A stretch of DNA of 64,000 nucleotides from the human T2T-CHM13v2.0 reference genome, Homo sapiens: assembly GCF_009914755.1 (NCBI RefSeq), contig NC_060937.1; one strand, given 5' to 3'. Within the stretch, counting starts at the first letter, position 1; each line of letters begins with the position of its first letter. The position numbers and the translations under genes were made by a program. Under the pieces are notes generated by a model. That model worked only from the letters and a program-made list of their open reading frames with translations, had not been told where the DNA came from and made no database searches. This document shows, one piece after another, positions 46,416 to 64,000 of this stretch.

Positions 46416-46795
46416 ATTTTGGCTAATTTATACTTGCACCAACAATGTTTGAGAGTACCTGTTTCCCCACACCCTGGCTAATATTGGGTATTACCCATAG
46501 TTTTATGCAAAAATAATTCATTCAACAAGTATTTATTAAGCACCCACCATATGCCACTGTTAATTTGCACTTTAAAAATTGTCAATGAGGCTGCTACCAA
46601 TGTATTTTGGCTAATTTATACTTGCACCAACAATGTTTGAGAGTACCTGTTTCCCCACACCCTGGCTAATATTGGGTATTACCCATAGTTTTATGCAAAA
46701 ATAATTCATTCAACAAGTATTTATTAAGCACCCACCATATGCCACTGTTAATTTGCACTTTAAAAATTGTCAATGAGGCTGCTACCAATGTATTT
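46416..46795. repeat. Perfect 188-bp tandem duplication within an old L1M/L2 remnant
   Basis: Copies start at 46416 and 46604 and are identical on reading. ATTT microhomology at 46416, 46604 and 46792. Confidence 0.95.
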
Positions 46796-47111
46796 CTATG
46801 TGTTTTATGTTTTCATGTGCTTTGTGTTTCTGCTCTGAGCTGCCCTTGGCATGTTGGGATTATTTGTGTTTTATTAATTTATGAGTCTTTTTCTATTCAA
46901 GGGTTGCAGCTCTCTGTTGTATTGCAGAGCTGTCTTGCCTGTTTTCGCAGCACCCTTCACTGTGCAAAGTGTCTCTATTTCAGGTAGTCAAGATTGGCAT
47001 TATGTTCTCTTTTGAGTTTCTGTGGCTGGAGTTACATTGAGAGACATACCCTGATTATAAAAATATTTCTTTGCCAGTTATTGATTTACTGCCTCCTACC
47101 TTCAAACTTGA

Positions 47112-47333
<222 letters not shown>

Positions 47334-50279
47334 TAAGTGTCCCCACCGGAAGATGCTAGAGGATGTGGCAAGAGGAAGGGACTTTTCCCTCCTGGGCCAG
47401 CTGTGCTGTGTCTGTTCTCTTCTTTGTTCCTACTGAGGGGTCTCTCTGTGGTGCAGGAAGGTGGGGACATTCCGGGGGCTCTGCCACAGCCCCTGCTCAG
47501 AGGGTGCAGCCCCTCAGCTGCCTGACCCTGGGATCCCTGCCCAGGAGTCTCCTCACATGACCTGTGTGCCCAGACCTCACCTGCCCACCCACTGCCCAGG
47601 CCCAGGAGGCTGTGTCCCGTGCCCGGCTAGGGAGCAGCTCTGGCCAGAAAACATCCTCACAACCCCATGGTTGGCAGCCAAACCTGGACAGTGACTCTGG
47701 ACCCTGGCCTGGGGGACAGGGCTCCTTCCACATTTCTCCTTTTTGGGGCCCTTGCCCTCAGCCCTGGTGTGCCTGTCTTTTCAGTCTTTATAGTTACTAA
47801 TCTGTCTTTATAGTTACTCCCTAATCACACTTAATAATTCTTTATATTAAAGTTCTGTTTAAGTTACTTACTAGACTCAGAATGGTACAATTCCCTTATA
47901 TTTCCTTTTAGTCATTCCATGCTTTTATTCTTGATATTTAAATATTTAGCTCATCTCAATTTATTTTATTGTGTGGTATGTGTTAACGTTTGAACTCAGA
48001 GTTTTCCCAGTCATTTACCCATTGTTCCCAAATCTTTCACATCCTCATCATATGCTAAACACCAGGACTCTCAGAATTTCTGGACACTTTACTCCATTCC
48101 ATCGATATTCTGTCTATTCTTGTGCCACACTGTTTCATACCCTGTAGTTTCATAATATGTTTTGAAATATGGTCTGGCAAATTCCCTTTTATTTTTCAGT
48201 TCTAAAATGGAAATTTCAGTAATCATCACTAACCCCCCTTCTCCCAAATACTACACAACCTGTGTCCGTAATAAAATTTTAAAAATAGCAATTAAAAAAT
48301 CCCTAATTTCATGGAAATTAAAAAGTATTTTTCCAGAAGCAAAAAGGAAATAACTAAAATTATGTGGTAGTTGGGGATTAATGACACCAAGAACATGTTG
48401 AGGTATTGAACATCTTCCCCAAGAAACTATGCCCACATAGAATGTGTGAAAAAGAAGCCAACATGGAATATGTGATGCAGATGTATTTTAATTTGCAAAA
48501 CCAAAATGCAGATGCAGCTTCAAACCCTAAAACCCACTCTGCCTGATGTGGAACTAGGGGAGCATCTGCTTACATTTTGCAGGGATGAGGGGACACAAAG
48601 GAGCAGCAGGTGCCTCCCTGGAGACCACAGAGTCTCCTCCACCTCCAGAGTCTTACACCTTCATTCTCTCCTCGTTCACGAATTCCTTGGAAGATGGAGT
48701 GTCTTCTCATTGCCAAGACTACCCGGTCCTCACTGAGCTCCTGGTCTTGGGCCGCTGCATGTGCTTGCTCAGGATACGTGGCACTGGACAAGAGCATCTG
48801 TCCAAAGAGACTCTGTGGGCTGAATCTCAGCCCCCCACCCTGGCTGTCACACCAGCACCGGGTGGCCTCTAGTGGGAGGGAGGGATTCCTTGTTCACTTT
48901 TGCTATATCCAGATTATAGCCCAAAGAGGAAAAATGTTGGAAAACGTAGAAAAGTGCATGAGAGTTAAACATTCTATTGCCTTTGCATTGTCCGTGAAGT
49001 CGTAAAAGTACCGATGGATTGTAGGTTCTAGTAAGGCAGAGAGTTATGTCATAATAGCTATCATCATTAAAAGAATGTTTAATAATTTAATAGAAGGAAA
49101 AAGGAAAACAAAAATACCTAATAAATACAACAGAAAACAAGAAAGGAGAGAAAAGGACTATAGAACAGATGGGACAAATAGAGAACAAATACTGAGGTAG
49201 CAGATAGAAGCCAAACTACATCCCCAGTTACATTTCATCGAGTGGAGTAAATACTCCAGTTAAAGGCAAACCAATGGTTGCAGTAGACTTCTAAAATCCT
49301 CCTATATGTTGTTTGCAAAAGATATACCTTAAATATAAGGGTGGATATCTTAAATATAAGGGCACAAAAACGTTGAAAATGAAAGAGGAAAATAATATGC
49401 AAATACTAGTTAAACGAAAGCATATTCAAATGAATATTGAACAATTGTACTCTTGAGGCAAGAAGATTTTGGGAGATGAGGAACATTTCTCATTCAATTT
49501 CAAAGGATTGAAACTATGGAGAAGGGAGGAGTGTCGCTCCAAAATGTCTTCCTTCCCGTCCCACTCACAGCAGGGACGAAGGCTTTCTGTGGCAGCCATG
49601 GCCACCCAGAGGCAATCTCCCTTGCTCAGCCGCCACACCTTCTACACCTTCAGGGGGTTCTTCCTTCTCCATGGAGTGCCCGTCAGATTAGATACACAAG
49701 GAAGGCTCACTTCCAGCTCAGCAGCAAATCTTCAGTATTTGCTACCTATAAACTGATTTATCAGTGGTTTTTGCTAGCTAATATTAAACTTATATTTTTA
49801 TTCATAAAGTTATTTTTGTTCATAAAGTTAGATTGTAAGCCTTCTGAAGCCTGTAATTATGTCTCCTAGGGCATTCAGAAAAATCCCTGGACTTGTGCAC
49901 ACTTCATAACTGCTGAGGACACTGGACTTAACATCTTTAAAACCTTTGAAGTAATTTATAAAATAAATTATAGCTCCACAGAAGTTGTGAAAAGAGTACA
50001 TAGGGTCCTGGGTACCTCCTGCTCAGCTTCCTCCAATGATGGTATCTTACCTAACTGTAGTGCAATATGAAAGCCAGGAAAATGACATTCCTACAGTATT
50101 ATAAGCCCTATGCCATGTGCACCACGTTTGCATGCATGTGTGCATGTTTGTGTGTGTCCTGTGCAATTTTGCCCCTTGTACAGGTTCATGTGACCAACAC
50201 TACATTCAAGTTACAGAACTATTGAGCCAGCACAAAGAGTTCCTTCATGACTCCTTTATTTATTTATTTTTTCAGTTTT

Positions 50280-50635
50280 TAGGGTTTTTTTGTTGTTGTT
50301 GGTTTTGTTTTTTTTATTTGTTTTGTTTTGTTTTTTTTTTGATGGAGTCTCGCTCTGTTGCCCAGGCTGGAGTGCAGTAGTGCAATCTCGGCTCACTGCA
50401 ACCTCCGCCTCCCAGGTTCTTTTTTGGAGGCAGGGCCTCCCTCTGTTGCCCAGGCTGGAGTGCAGTTGCAAGATCTTGGCTCACTGCTCACTGCAGCCTC
50501 GACCTTCTGGGCTCAAGCAATCCTCCCACCTCCCAGCCCTCCAAGTAGCTGGGACTGTAGGCATGCACCACCACACCTGGCTAATTTTTTTTGCATTTTT
50601 TTGTAGAGATGGAGTTTCACCATGTTGTGCAGGCT
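50280..50635 (-). mobile_element. Antisense Alu fragments (partial AluS followed by AluJ-like)
   Basis: (T/G)-rich tail, a partial Alu to about 50419, then a second Alu. Confidence 0.8.
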
Positions 50636-50639
50636 ACAA

Positions 50640-51209
50640 TACCCCTTTATATTTGCACCCCCAACTCCCAGTCCCTGGCTCCTGGCACCTACAATGTTTT
50701 CCATCTCTCTTGGTTTGTCATTTTGAGAATGTTGTAGAAATCACACAGTATGTAACCTTTTGAGGTGAGCTTTTTCCACTGAGAGTAATGCCCCTATGAT
50801 TTTTTTACTGAACACAATTGCCTTTGAGATCTACCCAGATTGTTCGTATCACGGATTGTTCCTTTTTCACTGGTGAGTAGTATTTCATTGTTTGGATATA
50901 CCAAAGTTGAACATTTTGGGGTTATTTCTAGGTTGTTACAATTATGAATAAAAGCACTCTGAATATCTGTGTACAGATTTTGGCGTGAATATAAGTTTTT
51001 ATTTCTCTGAGATAAATGCCTAAGAGTGTGACTGCTGGGTTGTATGGTATTTTTGTGCTTCATTTTATAAGACATGGCCAAATAATTTCCCAAAGTGTCT
51101 GTGCCATTTTACATTCCTACTAGCAATGCATGAGAGGTCCAGCTTCTCTGCCTCCTCACCAGCATTTGGTGTTATCACTGTGTTTTAATTTAGCTGTCTT
51201 AATAGGTAT
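50640..51209 (-). mobile_element. Old L1M fragment that hosts the ERV insertion
   Basis: Antisense L1 3' sequence (aatcacacagtatgtaaccttttg...attatgaataaaagc...ccattttacattcc...caccagcatttggtg) stops abruptly at the LTR TG. Confidence 0.75.
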
Positions 51210-51790
51210 TGAAGGAAATAACGTATGTGGTGGTCCATTTCCAAGACAAAGTACCTCGAATAGGCTTGGGTCTGCAAACCACCAAAGAACAGACTACATG
51301 AGGCCCCTACTTTGATAGCCAGCACCTGCTTGTTGGGGCCCCTTAGTTGCCCTCACCCAAACCAAAGAAGTTTAGTCTAGAAAAAAAGTTTACTAGCCTC
51401 CAAAATAGCTTGCTTTATCTATTCTCATCAACTTGCCTACCTAGGTCATAGGTCAAATATTTAAAAAGCCCCTGAGCTAACTATAACTGCAACACATTGT
51501 GGACTGCAACAGAATGCAGTGAGGTGACCCTAAAAATATACCTAAAAGCCCCTATTCAATGACCAATAGGCAATGTCTGGGAAGATTGTGACCCCATAGT
51601 ACTCATCTTATGAGGAATCAGGGGAGGGACCCGTGCACTAGGGGATAAATTGCTTATGGTAACCGTGTTGAGTGTGCCTGTCCACCAGGCCCCCGATCTT
51701 GCAAGACTGTCATTAAAAGTCTCGCTTCTGCTGCTCTCTGTGTCTCTGAGTCCCTTCTTTAGGTTTGAAGGGGTGAGTTTGTTTTTCACA
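51210..51790 (+). mobile_element. 5' LTR of a class I ERV (HERV-IP/ADP group; LTR71/LTR10-like)
   Basis: TG...CA termini over 581 bp. CCAAT near 51563, TATA-like GATAAA near 51644, ATTAAA at 51712. Immediately followed by a PBS. Confidence 0.85.
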
Positions 51791-51793
51791 ACT

Positions 51794-51811
51794 TGGGGGC
51801 TCATCCGGGAT
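51794..51811 (+). other. Retroviral primer-binding site, tRNA-Pro type
   Basis: TGGGGGCTCATCCGGGAT differs at one position from the MLV Pro PBS TGGGGGCTCGTCCGGGAT and lies 3 nt after the LTR end. Confidence 0.9.
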
Positions 51812-52229
51812 ATCTGTGCCTGCATGGAGTGGGACTCCAGCCTAGAGGGGAGATGCGTCCCACCCACTTTAGGTGGCCCACTCTGTCTGGGCATAGCAGC
51901 TCCTGCAGAAGTCGTAGACAAACCCAAGACTGTTATTCAGGAGGCAGTGGAGACGACACAGGGTCAAAAGCAGGCACTGCAGAAACCAGGCAACCTTTTG
52001 CACTAGCCAAGGTCGGAAAATTGGACTGTAAGTATTGCCTGGGTGGTGGGGCATTTTTGGAGGTCAAGTGTGTGTGACTGAGATGTGTCTTAGATACAAG
52101 GCAAGTGTGGAGTCCCAATCTGTGGTTCTGTTCTCCCACAAGGGAAACAGCCAGAGATGGAGGAAGCCATTCTCAGCGTGTGCAAGAAAGCTCTTGTAGC
52201 AGGGGCTGCATACCAAGGGAAAGCACAGA

Positions 52230-54120
<1,891 letters not shown>

Positions 54121-54686
54121 GGGAATCAGGGGTTCCTTCTAACCAGGTCCCACAAGGAACCCTTCATAAACTTGAGAGTGGGACCCGAAGGGGAAAAAAT
54201 GACATTTTTGGTCGACACTGGAGTGGCTTGCTCTTCCTTAATATACCCACCAAGGGGCACATACCCTCTAAGGAAAAGTTAACAGTATCAGAGTAAAAGG
54301 GGAGGGATTTCAAGTTCCAATATTCAAGAAAATGTTAATTAGGCAGGAATCAGAACCAATTAAGGAGTCACTCTTACATGTTCCCAAAGCAGGAACTAAC
54401 CTCCTGGGTTGAGACCTGATTGTAGATTAGATTTAGCTTTAGGATTAGGAGTAGAGGAGGGACAAATAAAACTAATGATGGTTCTCCTAACAGAGGAGGA
54501 AGAAGGTAAGATTAACTCCCTTTTGTGGGTTAAGGAAGGCAACGGGAGGATTAAAAAATCACACCCTTACAGACCGAATGAAAACATCCAGGAGAAAGAG
54601 TTTACAGGAGACAATATCCCATACCCATGAAGGGAGGAAAGGTCTCCAACCGGTAATAGAAGGACAAATTAAAGACGAACTATCGA
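54121..54686 (+). pseudogene. Defective ERV protease and start of RT
   Basis: TFLVDTGVA (DTG at 54214-54222), NLLG*DL near 54398-54420 and EGRKGLQPVIEGQIKD. Confidence 0.85.
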
Positions 54687-58493
<3,807 letters not shown>

Positions 58494-59465
58494 AAAGATG
58501 GGTTATTGAAACCCTGTATGTCACCATACAATACTCCAGTTCTCCCAGTAAAGAAACCAGATGGGTCATACAGATTAGTGCAAAATCTAAGGTCTATACA
58601 TAAAATTGTCCAAACTTGACATCTTGTGGTGCCTAACCCCTACACCCACCTTAATAAAATACTCTATAAACATAAGTGGTTCAGCATAGCGGATCTGAAA
58701 GATGCATTCTGGCCATGTCCCCTAGACTCTAAGAGTAGGGACCTCTTTGCCTTTGAATGAAAAACCTCATAACTGGGAGAAAGCAGAGGTATCACTGGAC
58801 TGTGCTGCCACAAGTTTTCACGGAAGCCCCAAACTTACTTGGTCAAGTCTTAGAAAAAGTTCTGGAGGAATTCCAACCATCCAAAGAAACCCAGCTGTTA
58901 CAATATGTGGATGATCTTCTAATTTCTGGGGAAAGGAGGGCCGAGGTATCAGAAGCCACCATAAGCTTACTTAATTTCCTAGGGGAAAAGGGGTTGCGAG
59001 TCTCCAAAACCAAATCGCAATTTGTAGGAGAAGTTAAATATTTAGGACACCTAATTAGTGAAGGAAAGCAGAGAATAAACGCAGAGAGAATATCGGGAAT
59101 AGTGGGTCTGCCCTTGCCTAAGACAAAGAGAGAACTCCAAAACTTTTTAGGTTTAACTGGCTACTGTAGGTTATGGATGGACTCATATGTTCAAAGGACA
59201 AAGATTCTGTATTTTAAGTTACTAAAAAGGGAACCCAACCCCTTGCAAAGGTCCCCAGAAGAAATTAAGGCAGTGGAGGATTTAAAGCAAGCCCTCACAC
59301 AGCCCCAGTCCTGGCCCTCCTATCTTTAAATAAAACGTTTCATCTGTCTGTAACAGACCAGGCCCTTGGGGTGCTCATTCAAACCTGGTGGGGTGGAGGG
59401 GGTGGGCGGGAAAGAGGCAACCTGTTGCTTTTATCTCCAAGCTTCTCAATTCTGTCTCAAGAGGG
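58494..59465 (+). pseudogene. Defective ERV pol (RT and connection domain); truncated before RNase H, integrase, env and the 3' LTR
   Basis: [53 protein letters not shown] (YVDD at 58904-15), FLGLTGYCR and GKRQPVAFISKLLNSVSRG, then an abrupt switch to L1-like sequence. Confidence 0.92.
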
Positions 59466-59541
59466 TTTATAATTGCTTATGGAAGTATTTTTAGAATTGT
59501 TGCTTTAAAATCATGTCAGATATCATCTCAGTGTTCACATC

Positions 59542-59991
59542 TGTATTGGTTCCCTAGGGCTGCCATAACAAAGCAACACAAACTGTGTGGCCTAAAACAA
59601 CATAAATTTATTCTCTCACAGTTTTGGAGGCCAGAAGACAGATCAAGGTGTCAGCAGGGCTATACTCTCTCCAGAGGGTCTTCCATGGAAGATTGCATTC
59701 ATTGCTTTTTCCTTCTGGTGACTGACAGCATTCCTGGACTTGGGGCTGCATAGGTCCAGTCTCTGCCTCCATCTTCATATGGCCTTCTCCTTTTCTCTGA
59801 CTCAAATCTCCTTTTGCCTTCCTCTTATGGGGACATGTGTCGGCGAATTTGGAACCCAGGGTTATCAAATCTCAAAAGCCTCAACTTAATTACATCTATG
59901 AAGATCTTACTTCCTAGTAAGGCTGTATTTGTAGGTTCCAAAAGGTGGACATAGCTTATCTTTTTGTGGGCCACTGTTTCAACCCACTACA
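59542..59991 (-). mobile_element. MLT1 (MaLR) LTR
   Basis: tgtattggttccctagggctgccataacaaa...tttattctctcacagttttggagg...aacccactaca, with near-TSD ACATC/GCATC. Confidence 0.82.
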
Positions 59992-60518
59992 GCATCTGTT
60001 TATTGTCTTTTCTTATTCAAGTTGCAATCATCCTAGTTCCTGGTATATTCAGCAGTTTTGAAATCATGCCCCGAACATTTTCAGCATCATGTTGTAAGAC
60101 TGTGGGTCCTCTTCAGTCTTTTTGGACAGGCACTTACCTGTTTATGCATTGCATGTAGGCATGGGTGGGGGTGGATGTTCAGTTCCCTGCTGGGCCCTGC
60201 CAGTATGGGAAGGAGGTGGGGCAGAATTTGGCTGTGACTGGCATTGCCACTAGCATTGCTCCCTCATTGCCACTGGGTGAGGATGAAAATTTGGCTGCCA
60301 AGGACCCAACATGTTGATTCAGCTGTTTTTTGATACTGTCACTTAGATTGGAAACATTTTTATGTGACCAAAATATTAAATTATTAAAGTTTTAGTTTTG
60401 AAAATTACTGTAATGAGAGATGTTATAAGATTTAGGGGTAGAACAGGAAAGGAAAAGGTCAAGCACACTTGTTCAACCTATAGCGAGATAATGAAAGAGA
60501 ATTTGTATATTTTGTCTT

Positions 60519-60881
60519 TTATATGGCTTGGCTGTTTCCCCACCCAAATCTTATCTTGAATTTGTAGCTCTCATAATTCCTATGTGTTGTGGGAGGGACC
60601 TGGTGGGAGATAATTGAATCACGGGGGCAGTTTCCCCCACACTGCTCTCAGGGTAGTGAATAAGTCTCATGAGATTTGATGACTTCATAAGGGGTTTTCC
60701 CTTTCACTCGTTCTCTCATTCTCTCTTGCCTGCGGCCAGGTAGGACATGCCTTTCACTTTCTGCCATGATTTGAGGCCTCCTCAGCCACATGGAGCTGTG
60801 AGTCCATTAAACCTCTTTTTCTCTATAAACTATCCACTCTCAGGTATGTCTTTATCAGCAGCATGAAAACGGACTAATACA
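60519..60881 (+). mobile_element. THE1 (B/C-like) MaLR solo LTR with GTCTT target-site duplication
   Basis: atatgg..tggctg...cccacccaaatct...gagtccattaaacctct...cagcatgaaaacggactaataca. GTCTT at 60514-18 and 60882-86. Confidence 0.9.
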
Positions 60882-61323
60882 GTCTTATCTGGGGTCAGTA
60901 CGGTGTCAGAGCATTCCCTGGGGGAAAATTGATTCCATCAAAATATCCTGATTGGCAAACAATGATGCGGTCATGATTTTAAGAAATTTAGTGGGGAGAT
61001 TGTGGCTTCTGGATTGGAAGGCCTGGGCTGGAATGTTGATCCCCACTGACCACTGGCCACATGATGGTGTGACGGTGAGTAAGTTGTTGGTTATCTCTGA
61101 GTCCTCAGTCTTCCTCATATAAAGTGGAGGTGATGTCTATCTAACAGCACTTTTGTGAGGATTCAGTGATGTAATGTGCATGGGAACAATTCATCAATCA
61201 CAAAAAATGTTTCTTGGAAGTCAAGTATAAAGCCAAAAGACAAAGAAAATAATTCACATTGAAATAGTCACTTTTTGAAATATCCAGTTGTTGAGGGGAG
61301 AGCTGAGGGAAAACTAAAAATTA

Positions 61324-61824
<501 letters not shown>

Positions 61825-62873
61825 TTACTGGAATAGCCCTTCCAGGCCTTTCATGCAACCCCTTGTGTCCAGATGAGAAAACTGAGGCAGCGACTAGTGA
61901 CTCACTAGTTACTGAGTAAGTCAGTAGCAGGACATCATGGAAAGAGGTGATGGGACATTTTTGTCTTTTCAGAAGAGAGCACAGCTGGAATTACAAATAA
62001 AATGGCATCATTTGATTCCATTTCTAACCGCCTTTGAAATGGTGTTTTGGAAAGAACACCAATCCATTGCTAAGACTGTCCCTAGGGAACAAAAGTTCTC
62101 TATCTAGAGATGTTCTAAGATACGATCATGAACTTCTCCTGCCTTTCTGGAGAAATGGGAAAAATCACACACTTTAATGTAAATAACACCCCCCAGCCTG
62201 ATCATATCAATGTGTTGAACAGAGGTAGGTACAGCTTGTCTACAGCCAGAACCAGTTTGCATACAAAAACTTGCAACAAGCTGACAGTTGCTGAAAGAAA
62301 GGTTCTTGTTTCCCAGAGAATGTTGGTGAGTCGAGTCCTTTGCAGGTGAAATACTGATGACAGGGTTTATCTCTACAAGTCTTTGCCAGCTCCCCAACGA
62401 CCTTCCATTCTCTCTTCACCATAACTTTTTCCCTTTTGATAAACTGGAATTTCAATGCATTGAAAATTTCTTGAAAGTGAGTCATTTCCTGGGAATTGGA
62501 AAGCGTTTTGTTTTTTGTTTTGTTTTGTTTTGTTTTCCTCTGTAGAGACTTTGGTTTCCTTCAGGGCTGACATTCAAAATACTGTTAACAACCTTTGAGT
62601 TTGGCCCCTGGTCGTGACTAGCCTGACTACACAGAGGCAGAATATGAGCCCTGGCTTTCTGTGACACTCAACCCAGACACTTTGGTAATGCTGTTCCCTC
62701 TCCACACCACAAAAGCGCAAAGAGCCCTTGCTGAGCACCAGGAGGCAGTGGTGTTCTCTGTGTGCACACATATTCTGTACCTGTGTATGTGTGTTTTGCA
62801 ATGTGCTGCAGTAGGAAAGGGTGAGAGGGCAGACTTTCCTAGACTCTGTTCTTAGACATAATCCATCACGGGC

Positions 62874-63454
62874 TGTGATGGTGAATCTTATGTGTCAACT
62901 TGACTGGGCCACAGGGTGCCTGTGATATCCTGAGATATTCAGTCAAACATTCTCCTGGGTGTGTCTGTAAGGGTGTTTTGGGAGAGATTCGCATTTGAGT
63001 GTGTAGCTTGATTGTAGCAGACGGGCCTCCCTAGATGGGTGGTGGGTGTCCTCCAACTCTGAAAGCCTGAACAGGACAGAGGCTGGCTCTGCTCTGAATA
63101 CACGGAACTCCTCCTGCCTGCCTGCAGCTGGGACATGGGCTGTTTCCTGCCTTAAGACTGGAACTGAAACATTAGCTCTTCCTGAGTCTCCAGCTTGTAG
63201 ACTCTGCAGGTCTTGGGACTTGTCAGCCTCCATAATCACATGAGCCAATTCCATATTATAAATATCTCACACACACGCACATACACACACGCATATATTC
63301 ACACACACAAATACACATGCACACACACACCACACATACACTCACGCACACACATCCACACACACGCACACACACATGCACACGCACACACACATGCACA
63401 CGCACACATACACGCACATCCTATTAGTTTCCCTAGAGAACGCTGACAAATACG
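62874..63454 (+). mobile_element. MLT2-family LTR containing an imperfect (CA)n/(CACG)n tract at 63268-63419
   Basis: tgtgatggtgaatcttatgtgtcaacttgactggg...cctgggtgtgtctgt...gggacttgtcagcctccataatcac...ctagagaac.ctgac.aatac. Confidence 0.82.
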
Positions 63455-64000
63455 CAGGCTCTGAGGTTATGTTTCTTCAAAGCTTATGCTATCAGACAAT
63501 AGCAAGCTTCGAATGCTGTTATTTTCCAGAGTTAATTAGGTTTTCATCTCTTTTTATTAAGGAAAAAAACCATGTTGCCTCTAACTTAATATTTAAATAT
63601 GTTTATTTTGTTTGTCATCCTTAGAATAAGACAGTTTTCCTTTATACAGAATGTTCCATAATTCGGCCTCTGCCCCAAGGGTGGGAGTGAGTGGAGAGTG
63701 CAGGCTCTGCCGGCGGCCCTAGTCCTAGCCTGGCGTGGCGTCCGCCTGTAGTAACTGGCTCTCAGTACACTTTCATGCAGCTTTCTCTTCTGCTTTAGAT
63801 GATCTCCTGTTGGAAAGAACAGAGTTTCTTGAGAAACTGGGTGTTTCATTAACTGTTCTTAGAGCCTATGTTTCAGACCCACCGTGGCTCACTCCACCAA
63901 TAAGCATGGGCTGTGAGGCTGACGGGTGTGGCTGGTAGCATTAGACTCCCCTTCTTTGAGTGTCCACGCCCCACACAGATGCCTTCTTAGGGCTGCACAG

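Noticed and set aside
63213-63446. His/Thr-rich ORF (HTHAHTHAH...)
   Set aside because: This is a translation of a (CA)n-type microsatellite inside an MLT2 LTR.

Overview
Primate (very probably human, 13q34) genomic DNA. The left half (1-33.5 kb) holds the 5' five coding exons of ANKRD10 on the minus strand: exons of 210/153/92/236/96 coding nt with GT-AG boundaries and matching phases. The last exon lies outside the window. The gene sits under a CpG-island promoter built on a degenerate ~43-bp GC-box tandem array. Its introns 3 and 4 contain several sequence-supported alternative exons: two stop-containing cassettes that both begin D-N-P-(R/K)-K-G, a candidate microexon pair, and two ~55-aa alternative C-terminal tails that resemble each other. 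The right half is repeat-rich intergenic DNA with two MER41 solo LTRs, MLT1/MLT2/THE1 LTRs, Tiggers, L1/L2 fragments, a duplicated NF-kB/AP-1 module and a perfect 188-bp tandem duplication. It also contains a nested structure: an old L1 interrupted by a 3'-truncated class I ERV (LTR, tRNA-Pro PBS, gag, pro, pol; HERV-ADP/HERVP71A-like). That ERV is itself interrupted by an AluY in the gag zinc knuckle and by a near-full-length processed PARP1 pseudogene (PARP1P1) in RT, which carries a 193-bp tandem duplication. Repeat subfamily names come from recalled consensus sequences, not from a database search. Most short ORFs in the supplied track are non-coding noise.
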